IMG/VR virus record: IMGVR_UViG_3300020138_000011 | Location: 1-40,752 of that record | Length of the DNA stretch: 40,752 bases | Reading direction: 5' to 3' (one strand) | From: a virus | Taxonomy: Duplodnaviria; Caudoviricetes | In this document: in pieces, positions 33,317-40,752 of the stretch | Layout: each line of letters starts with the position of its first letter | Position numbering within the stretch: the first letter of the stretch is position 1 | Program-made: the position numbers and the translations under genes | Notes under the pieces: generated by a model | Told to the model about the DNA's origin: nothing | What the model saw: the letters and a program-made list of their open reading frames with translations, nothing else | Databases searched by the model: none

Positions 33317-35326
33317 CTACTGAGCCTGGTCGTTGAACTCGAACGTCCACTCGGTGGTCGTGCCGTCGGCGAAGTAGTAGTCCTCATTCGCAGACGCCTC
33401 AACCGTCGTGTTCTCAGTGATGACCACGGTGCCAGTAACAGGCGAGTCATCGATCGAGTACGTCACACCAGTGACCGAGGGGATGGTGATCGTGTTCGTC
33501 TCGCTGTTGAACGTCGGGGCAGAAGGCGTAACCTTAGTGCCCGTAGCGCGAGAGAAGACAAGCGCCGTCTTGAACTTGGTCAGAGCACCAGAGATACGAG
33601 TCTCCATGAGGTACTTGTACTGGTTGTAGTCGATGTCGAAGTCGTCAAACATCGACAGAGCACCACCCCTGTCTGCACCGAGGGTGTAGTCGCCGAGGTT
33701 GACCATGATCGCAAGAAGCTCGCCGCCCTCAACCGACTCAGACTCCATGACCTCAACGGTCACGATGTTCGAGACGCGAAGCGTGGACTGGAGCTCGCTG
33801 ATGTTGGCGTAGAGCTTGCGACCGATCTTGTCCTTCGAGAGGAGAAGGTCGTTGAGGATGTCCTCGGTCGTGAACATGGTCGGGTTGCCCGAGCCACGGT
33901 AGTACTTCCGGTTACGAATAATTGCATCGACAAGAGCGTCGCCCTTAACGTTAGCCGGAATAACGACCTTGTGCGAGTAGAACTCGTGGTCGTGAGCGAT
34001 CGGGCGAATTCCCTGACCCTCACCCGTGTCACCGGAGGGAGCCTTGATCTTGTCCGGGTTGGGGACCATCTCGCCATCGTCCTCGACCATGGCCGGACGA
34101 CCATCACCGATAAGAACTGCTCGAGCGATCTCCTCACGGACCATGAGCTTCATCTCGGCCTTAAGCCACGCAACAACATCGAGGTCGGTGATGTCGTGAA
34201 CGTCGTCCCGGTCAAGCTTCTGCTTCTTGTAGATCGTCGTCGGAGTGGTGACACGAGACTGGAGGGCGAAGAACTCCTCCTTCTTGAGGTTGCCCTTGAT
34301 GTAGCCAAGAGCGCGAGCCTCTTCGTGACGGACGTCTGCGCTGATCGACTTGATGCGCGAGAAGGGGTTCTTCTTGATACCGTTCATGACGGTCTCAACC
34401 CACTCGACCTTGCGCGTGATCAGCTCAGGGCTATTCTCAAGCGTCTTTGCGTCCGGGAAGAGAACATCGATGTTCGTGATCCCATACTCCTGTGCGTGCT
34501 TAAGGAAGGACTCCTTAAACGAGCCAAGAGACTTAGCATCGGCCATGATGGTCTCGAGCTGGGTGTGGGTGAGCGTGGGCTTAGCGCCGCCGCTAGCACC
34601 GTTCTGCTCAAAGACGTTCGCGGTCATTTCATCGCCCTTCTTATCATGCTGGAGTTCCTCGTCCTTGCCGGACTTATCTTCGTGCTTTGTCTCTTCGTCG
34701 TCTTCGTCGTCAGAGCCCTCTTCGAGAGCTTCGCTAACGAGATAGTGAACGACCTGCTTCTGCTCCTCGGTGAACGACTCGTAAACGTCCTTTACGGTCT
34801 TATCGCCGAGATTGTCGGTGGTCTTCTTGGCCACGTCGTCATCTCCCTTGTTATCCTGATGCTCGATCTCGAGACCGGTGTAGATTGTGGCCTCATCGTC
34901 TAGCTCTGCATATCCATCGCCGTGCTGAATGGTGACGTTATCAATGAACGCCCCTGGATTTGCACCGGCCAAGACCAGACTAACCTCACGAATCTCTCCG
35001 TGAACGACGTTCTGGCCCTGCTTTCGAAGCTCGTTTGCACGAATAGACAGCATGTTGATGTCTCTGTGCTTAACGAGCTCCCTGGCGTTTTGACCCGACG
35101 GAGTATCGTTGAAATACCCGTAGGCGTAAACACCATCTTCCCTATGCTCCAACACGGCGTGGCCGAGAATGTTCTCGGACGAGTTGATATCGTGCTGCCA
35201 GACCAAAGGGACGGTCTTGTTGTCGTTGTGCTTGAAGGCGTTCGGCATGATCGTGACACCATCAGAACACTTCAAACCCGCCTTCGTGGCGTAACCACCA
35301 AAATCAGGTTCCATTTTGATTGTCAT
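33317..35326 (-). CDS. fused prohead protease, scaffold and major capsid protein
   Basis: HK97-type protease motifs (PLVWQH, LSI, EVSLV..GANPGA), acidic linker, capsid domain and Ig-like tail. Confidence 0.88.
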   Translation of the reverse strand: MTIKMEPDFGGYATKAGLKCSDGVTIMPNAFKHNDNKTVPLVWQHDINSSENILGHAVLEHREDGVYAYGYFNDTPSGQNARELVKHRDINMLSIRANELRKQGQNVVHGEIREVSLVLAGANPGAFIDNVTIQHGDGYAELDDEATIYTGLEIEHQDNKGDDDVAKKTTDNLGDKTVKDVYESFTEEQKQVVHYLVSEALEEGSDDEDDEETKHEDKSGKDEELQHDKKGDEMTANVFEQNGASGGAKPTLTHTQLETIMADAKSLGSFKESFLKHAQEYGITNIDVLFPDAKTLENSPELITRKVEWVETVMNGIKKNPFSRIKSISADVRHEEARALGYIKGNLKKEEFFALQSRVTTPTTIYKKQKLDRDDVHDITDLDVVAWLKAEMKLMVREEIARAVLIGDGRPAMVEDDGEMVPNPDKIKAPSGDTGEGQGIRPIAHDHEFYSHKVVIPANVKGDALVDAIIRNRKYYRGSGNPTMFTTEDILNDLLLSKDKIGRKLYANISELQSTLRVSNIVTVEVMESESVEGGELLAIMVNLGDYTLGADRGGALSMFDDFDIDYNQYKYLMETRISGALTKFKTALVFSRATGTKVTPSAPTFNSETNTITIPSVTGVTYSIDDSPVTGTVVITENTTVEASANEDYYFADGTTTEWTFEFNDQAQ

Positions 35327-36551
35327 TCCTTTCTACCGGATCCGGTGGAGAAGGCTCTGGTTCCTCAACCGGGGCTGGAAGGTTCTTATTTCGGAGTTCG
35401 TCGGCTTGTGGGTCATTGGATGGCTTGAAACCAATGATTCCTCTAATCTCATTGGAGGAGAGGATCTCGTTTCGGGTAAACTTGTCAGCCATCTCAGACA
35501 ACGTCTCCATTGGGACCAACTTGAATGGGTCTCGGAAGAACCTAACAGACTGCTTTTGAGAACGGGCTGTCTTTGTCAGGAACGTTCTCGACATCTCTTC
35601 GGTAATAGCTGTAAGAATCGGCTTAATTGTCCGATTGTAGTAGTTAAGCATGGTTGCTTCGTCAGCCTTACCAAGGAAGACATCTTCCGTGATCCCCAAT
35701 TGACCATAAACGAGCGCCCAGAGATACTCGATCTGTCGCTGAAGCTTGTTTTCTACAGGTCGATTAAGTTGTGTGATTCTTTCTGTAGCATCGGTGTATG
35801 CGATTCCAAGCTCAGACGTCTTAAGCTGCATTTCGATAGCTTTTTGACGACTCTCAGCCTGCTTTGCCCGGGCTTCAGACTTAATCACATAAGGAAGCTG
35901 AATGATTAGATCCAACTTGTTAGATCCCGATGCTTCATCAATTGCGTCCAGAATCTGAAGTTTTCGATTCAATCTCTGAAGCATCGAATTTGGTTCGTTC
36001 ATGACCTTATACAGAGGGTTTTCGACAATGGCAGTAAATCGCTTATCGACCCATACGTCTTCATGCCTCTGAAATTCGTCACGCCATAGACGAACCTCTA
36101 CCTTTGTTGCAGACCATTGGAGAATCTTACCAACTCGCATGGTCTTAATGTCGAAACTTCCAGATGAGTTCGGATTGATAGAGGTATCCACTGGAACAAT
36201 AGCGATAACGCCTTCATCAAGAAGTGAAAATATAACATTCTGCCTAAAGTACGTTGCTGCCTGATCGATGTTCGCCTCTGTGTTTAGACAGTAATTCAAC
36301 CCGCTATCAATCGTTTCCAAAAATCGATCATTATCGTCCAAGCGAACATGCTTGATCTCGATCTCGGATGCATCAATCGCGATTCTAGTAATGATACTTG
36401 AAAGAATCGACTTGTCGGAGCCAAACGACCTATATAGGACGTCGGGTCTACGACCATAACTAGTGCTATGATCGAAATTTGGATAGGATTCAATTTCATC
36501 CTTGTTTCGGAAGGCATTCCATGCGTGCCTAAGCTGCGTGCTGAGGGACAT
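35304..36551 (-). CDS. portal protein
   Basis: Between terminase and protease; YYNRTIKP and NEIRGIIG motifs. Confidence 0.88.
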   Translation of the reverse strand: MSLSTQLRHAWNAFRNKDEIESYPNFDHSTSYGRRPDVLYRSFGSDKSILSSIITRIAIDASEIEIKHVRLDDNDRFLETIDSGLNYCLNTEANIDQAATYFRQNVIFSLLDEGVIAIVPVDTSINPNSSGSFDIKTMRVGKILQWSATKVEVRLWRDEFQRHEDVWVDKRFTAIVENPLYKVMNEPNSMLQRLNRKLQILDAIDEASGSNKLDLIIQLPYVIKSEARAKQAESRQKAIEMQLKTSELGIAYTDATERITQLNRPVENKLQRQIEYLWALVYGQLGITEDVFLGKADEATMLNYYNRTIKPILTAITEEMSRTFLTKTARSQKQSVRFFRDPFKLVPMETLSEMADKFTRNEILSSNEIRGIIGFKPSNDPQADELRNKNLPAPVEEPEPSPPDPVERNDNQNGT

Positions 36552-36569
36552 TGTCACCTCCTATTCTCC

Positions 36570-38315
36570 TCATTCAAACGCCTCCTTATTAAGCTTATAA
36601 GCTACGTATGCATCCATCAGAGCGGCAACATTGTCAATCTTTTGCTCTTTACGCTTCTTATAAAGCTTTCTGTTACCGTTAGTATCTTCCAGAGTAATAC
36701 AATTACCCATGGCCCAAGACATCAGATGCTCATCGAAGTCAAGCATTCTCTCTTCGGCCATAAGTTTAAGTTCGCCCAAAGGTACGGACTCAGTTCTAGC
36801 GCCCTGAATGACCTTCTCAACGGCATACGGTCCGTTTTCGGCCGTCCATCGATCAACAAACTCCTTGGCGTTGTATGGATCGTATCCAAAAGAACGAACA
36901 TCGTAGTTTTGTTCTTGAATGAAGGCGTCTAGATCGTCATAGACTTCCATCATATCAAGAACAACACCCTCTAGAACGTGAAGACTTCCTTCGTCGATGA
37001 ATTCCTTATACTTCTCCCGCATAGCTCCCGGGAGTTTATTTAGAGTAATCTCGGAGATGTAACTTCTAGTTTTAACACCGAAACTACCACTAGAATGTGG
37101 AAACAAAAACGTAAAAGCACAGAAGTCATCGCCTTGAGAAAGATCCGCGCCCATAGAGCACGGGAGACCTCGCAGAATCAATCGACTCTTCGTTGGTAAT
37201 GTCTCTTCGTATGTGAAGAAGTATGTGTAGCCTTCCATTGGGAGACCGAAACGCTTGGCTAGAATGTCATTTCTTGTTGCTGGCGCGTTTTCGGCTCGCT
37301 CAACATCTTGATGGTATGTCTCATACGAGACTGTTAGACCGATGTTTGGGTTAGCCTTTGGCCACATTGAAGGGTCCGCCACCTCTTCCACTCGATCTAG
37401 CTTGTAGTGCCAAATCGAGACGTGAGGTGCATAGAAGTCGCCATTTAGGATGCTGGCAAGTTCCATTTTGATTGTGTCTCCGGAAGCGTTTCTTACAGTC
37501 CCTTCGGAGCTTATGGCCGCGATGAACCAATCATCCAACTTAGACGCACCCTGCTCAATTGCACCAACAACATCTTCTCGAATGTCTCCAGAAAGCCATT
37601 CATCAACCGTCGAGATCTTCGGACGAAGTCCCTGAAGCTTGTTGATTGACATCGGACGGATTTCAAGAAGTGAACCGGTTAGGAAGTTCTCAATTCCCTT
37701 TTTTGTTGCGGCTAGCTTGGTTCTTAACGCCTTGCTCCCCGTAGTGTTCTGCAGAGAACCTTCCGTTAGAAACTTGAACAGGGGTCCTCGTGCTCGAACG
37801 ATTGCGGTTCGCAAAGGCGACATGACCTCTTCAGCCTGCTTCATCGTAGGTGCTGTCGTGATTTGGTGCGTAGTCGCTGTGTCTACATTAAGAAAGTATG
37901 CTTGGATGCACTCTGCATACATAGACTTCGCCGCACCTCGAGCAACGATCAAGTATTGCTTAGTTGTTAGGCGCTTCTTAATTCGTTTTCGAACGAAGTG
38001 CCCACCACCTTCCGGGAACGGCTCGTAGATGCTCTTGTCTGTGAAGTAATACCATCCGAAGACTTGCTCACCCCAAAGCTTAAAAGTTTCAAGGAGGCGC
38101 AAGTCCGTTCCATCAGTGAGAGTCAGTTCGTTTTCGCAGAATCGAATCCACCCCTCAACAGCTTGATCGTCGTAATAGAAATTAGGGTTTCGGATTAGGT
38201 CGTCGATTCGGTTCATCTCCAGTGCAATTTCTCTATTGACTGGAATTTCCCCACGCAACACAGCGTCACGAAACATTCCATAATACTTTGGTGTTGCTGT
38301 GTTAGACAAACCCAT
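36570..38315 (-). CDS. terL: terminase large subunit
   Basis: VARGAAKS Walker A, VDEW Walker B, GADLS..DD, YDPYN and KIDNVAA nuclease motifs. Confidence 0.92.
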   Translation of the reverse strand: MGLSNTATPKYYGMFRDAVLRGEIPVNREIALEMNRIDDLIRNPNFYYDDQAVEGWIRFCENELTLTDGTDLRLLETFKLWGEQVFGWYYFTDKSIYEPFPEGGGHFVRKRIKKRLTTKQYLIVARGAAKSMYAECIQAYFLNVDTATTHQITTAPTMKQAEEVMSPLRTAIVRARGPLFKFLTEGSLQNTTGSKALRTKLAATKKGIENFLTGSLLEIRPMSINKLQGLRPKISTVDEWLSGDIREDVVGAIEQGASKLDDWFIAAISSEGTVRNASGDTIKMELASILNGDFYAPHVSIWHYKLDRVEEVADPSMWPKANPNIGLTVSYETYHQDVERAENAPATRNDILAKRFGLPMEGYTYFFTYEETLPTKSRLILRGLPCSMGADLSQGDDFCAFTFLFPHSSGSFGVKTRSYISEITLNKLPGAMREKYKEFIDEGSLHVLEGVVLDMMEVYDDLDAFIQEQNYDVRSFGYDPYNAKEFVDRWTAENGPYAVEKVIQGARTESVPLGELKLMAEERMLDFDEHLMSWAMGNCITLEDTNGNRKLYKKRKEQKIDNVAALMDAYVAYKLNKEAFE

Positions 38316-38336
38316 CGTGCCCCCTCCTTTCTACGA

Positions 38337-38732
38337 TTACCGGCCAGTAACATACTTAGCGGCGGTTTTGGGATCCCACTTTCGTTCTAGACTCAGCCTA
38401 ATCAGATAGAGTGCCCCACCAGTTGCTGCGGTAGACAGAACCTTCCGACCACTCCCCTTAAGAACGTCGGCAACGAACGTCCTTCCGGGGGACAGATCTT
38501 CATTGATTAGATCCCTAAGCTGCTTTTCGAGACGAATTCTATCGATAGTCTCTCGAATTTCCGAATCGCTTAGTGTCCTACGATTTCTAACGGTCCGTCG
38601 ACGTTCTCGTCGAGTAGACGATTCGATGTCGGATCGTCGAGGATACATACCTGTTCGGCGATCCTTCCTGAAACCCCATCGCATACCCTTAACGCCGTAA
38701 TGCTCTAGAAAATCATCAGCGTTGGTGGTCAT
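38337..38732 (-). CDS. HYGxKGMxWG-motif protein (possible internal head protein)
   Basis: N-terminal FLEHYGVKGMRWG; basic; in the packaging module. Confidence 0.7.
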   Translation of the reverse strand: MTTNADDFLEHYGVKGMRWGFRKDRRTGMYPRRSDIESSTRRERRRTVRNRRTLSDSEIRETIDRIRLEKQLRDLINEDLSPGRTFVADVLKGSGRKVLSTAATGGALYLIRLSLERKWDPKTAAKYVTGR

Positions 38733-39072
38733 CCGTCTTAATCCCTTCTCGATAGACGTTCAAGCGCCATTCCAATTCCTGAACTTGATTGGCCATGGCG
38801 TCCTTGGCGTATGAAGTTTCCGGGGGGTCGAAAAGAAGACGAACTCGTAGATAGACGTATGTCTTAACTGAGTTAAGATTCGTATCGCCGCGGAGGAATT
38901 CGTCCCACTCAGCCTCTTCGTCTTCAATGGCGAATCCCTCTTCGGGCCCCACCCCCAATTGCTGAAGGGTATTAAATACCGAATTAATGTGCATAATTAC
39001 ATCTACGTCAAAAGCAGTATAATCATCAGCAATACTCAACACCTTCTTAACTGAGTTAAGAATGCTATCCAT
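38716..39072 (-). CDS. putative head-tail connector protein
   Basis: SIL.SVKK, FD.D..HIN, LLFDPP and ELEWR motifs. Confidence 0.6.
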   Translation of the reverse strand: MDSILNSVKKVLSIADDYTAFDVDVIMHINSVFNTLQQLGVGPEEGFAIEDEEAEWDEFLRGDTNLNSVKTYVYLRVRLLFDPPETSYAKDAMANQVQELEWRLNVYREGIKTDDHQR

Positions 39073-39120
39073 CCCAAGTCACCTCCTCAATCTTCCATTT
39101 TGATTTACTTCTTTGAAGTC

Positions 39121-39783
39121 TTACCCCTTGGCCTTCTTAAGCCTCGCTGTGGCGACGAAACGACCAGAACGAAGAACTGTCCACGTCTTCCATGTAGAAA
39201 GAACGTTCTTGTACTTGTACTTTGCATTTCGGCGCTTGACCACGGTCTTTCGATCATCGTCATAAAGCTTGAGCTGAAGATGACGACTGTTAAACTTTGG
39301 TGTCATGACAACACCTTCACCTGGTCGAAGGTGAATGTTTGGCTGTCCATTGTCCGCGAAGTACTTTTCTGGATCTACAGGCTTTCCAGAGACGTGCACC
39401 TCATAGTGAAGATGCTCCGCCATGTTCTTAAGCGTGGAGGAGTTCCCCATTCGTCCGATCTTTCGACCGATTCGAATCTTACCGCCGGTCTTGATCGTCT
39501 TCGCGATGGACTTCAAATGCTGAAGCCGGTGAATAGAACCCTTTGCATCCTTGATGTCCACATAGAGTCCTCGAGCATTGACTGTGGCTCGCTGAACATG
39601 AACAACTGTTCCAGAAACTGGAGATCGAACAATCGGGTTTGGGCCAAGAGTTCCTCGACCAATGTCCACACCTTCGTGGTTATTGGTTGCACCGCTAGGA
39701 AGCCCTGTCGTGTCTCTTGGTCCGAACTTGCTTCGACCAACCGGCTTGCTACCGGACACGGGCGCAATAATGGGGATGCTCAT
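39121..39783 (-). CDS. M23 family peptidase (putative endolysin)
   Basis: HEGVD, GRMGNSS and HLHYEV..PVDP motifs. Confidence 0.85.
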   Translation of the reverse strand: MSIPIIAPVSGSKPVGRSKFGPRDTTGLPSGATNNHEGVDIGRGTLGPNPIVRSPVSGTVVHVQRATVNARGLYVDIKDAKGSIHRLQHLKSIAKTIKTGGKIRIGRKIGRMGNSSTLKNMAEHLHYEVHVSGKPVDPEKYFADNGQPNIHLRPGEGVVMTPKFNSRHLQLKLYDDDRKTVVKRRNAKYKYKNVLSTWKTWTVLRSGRFVATARLKKAKG

Positions 39784-39794
39784 GATGTCTCCTT

Positions 39795-40205
39795 TCACCA
39801 GAGTTTAGTATCTCCGGGTCGTCGTTCTATCATTACCGGAACTATGTTCAATCTATTCCCGTAATGCAATGCGTTATGCGTGTCATGTGTTGTTGTTATC
39901 AGATACTCTGGATCTAGAATGTATTCTCTATTGTGAAGAACGTCGTCTTTCGTTATTGGGTTCATATGGTGGATGATAATCTTTTCAAATATAGGATAAT
40001 CCTCACACCCTAAATCCAACCCGCTGTCTCGAGCGATGACGTGGTTTCTAACATGACGCCATTCTTGAGAAGTATAAAAGCGTTGATTCAAATATCGCTC
40101 AGACCCAAAGGTCTCGATCCCAACCGCGCCATTTAACTGAAGATAATCGAATCTATCTTCGAATGTTTGAAGACGTCTAAATTCAGAATATGTTCTAATC
40201 CTCAT
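39795..40205 (-). CDS. HNH endonuclease (packaging-associated)
   Basis: FY.S.EW..VR..VIARD, IHHMNP and THNALH motifs. Confidence 0.8.
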   Translation of the reverse strand: MRIRTYSEFRRLQTFEDRFDYLQLNGAVGIETFGSERYLNQRFYTSQEWRHVRNHVIARDSGLDLGCEDYPIFEKIIIHHMNPITKDDVLHNREYILDPEYLITTTHDTHNALHYGNRLNIVPVMIERRPGDTKLW

Positions 40206-40536
40206 AGTCGTCTTCCTCTTCGTGACCGGAGTACGACCGCATAGCCCTGATCGCGTTTTCGTAAAGCTCTTCGGTTCTCTGACTAGACAAGAGCTGGTCC
40301 TGCTTAGCTTTTAGGAGTTCCGTTTCCAACGCAATCTTCTGTTGCTCCAACTGTTCTCTAGTTGTAGCCAATTTTAAAAAATGTGTAATGACTTGTGAGG
40401 ACGCAGTTCCGTTGGCGAGTTGCTTTTCCGCTAGATCGACAGCGAGGGCAACCATTTGCTTTTCACGGCCCTCCAGCGTTGTTGCGGGCGGTCGTTTCGG
40501 CCTGCGAGCCTCGGCAGACTTCCTCGTTGCCGCCAT
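40195..40536 (-). CDS. hypothetical protein, possible terminase small subunit
   Basis: First gene at the genome end; helical/coiled-coil; AGGAGG RBS. Confidence 0.55.
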   Translation of the reverse strand: MAATRKSAEARRPKRPPATTLEGREKQMVALAVDLAEKQLANGTASSQVITHFLKLATTREQLEQQKIALETELLKAKQDQLLSSQRTEELYENAIRAMRSYSGHEEEDDYED

Positions 40537-40573
40537 AAATATAACTCACCTCCTAAACTTACGTGTGGGCGGT

Positions 40574-40704
40574 ACAGGGAGGAGACTCTCTGAAGGAGCT
40601 ACAATAGTTTTGGGCTGGTTAGACCCACTTTGAAAGGAGACCGGGAGGTTTATTCCCTATTATTTGTTTACTATTGTAGCTCCATCAGAGAGTCTCCTCC
40701 CTGT
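40574..40704 (-). ncRNA. candidate structured non-coding RNA (long hairpin with anti-RBS loop)
   Basis: 35-bp inverted repeat with 1 mismatch around a 61-nt loop; strand is inferred. Confidence 0.5.
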
Positions 40705-40752
40705 TTTAACCCGGTTGCCCCCATCAAATATCCCCCCGGGGAATTTTTGAAG

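Noticed and set aside
33098-34903. 601-aa plus-strand ORF
   Set aside because: Antisense shadow of the codon-biased capsid gene; no RBS or recognisable motifs.
39855-39875. ALHYG in the HNH protein as another HYG tag
   Set aside because: It is the last His of the HNH motif, is internal, and has no following WG.

Overview
The window looks like a near-complete or complete genome of a lytic siphovirus. Essentially all genes lie on the minus strand, and I found no integrase or tRNA. The gene set suggests an actinobacterial host and resembles the actinobacteriophage AU/BI/CC/DJ-type architecture (inference). Read right to left, it holds packaging genes (HNH, M23 lysin, terminase, portal), a fused protease-scaffold-capsid gene, tail genes with two major-tail paralogs, and holins. 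Next come an array of small genes, each with its own conserved 27-bp promoter-like motif and conserved-loop terminator, then a 1252-aa helicase/primase/DNA polymerase fusion, SSB, helicase and nucleases. Near the left end is an 880-aa protein with the motif set of two-barrel (YonO/cellular RdRP-like) RNA polymerases, including DFDGD. The most interesting candidate system combines this polymerase, which carries an N-terminal HYG tag that may target it to the capsid, with 10-11 copies of a phage-specific promoter motif and the cassette array. A terminal 131-nt hairpin, whose loop is antisense to the extended GAAAGGAGACC ribosome-binding site of many non-structural genes, may be part of the same regulation.
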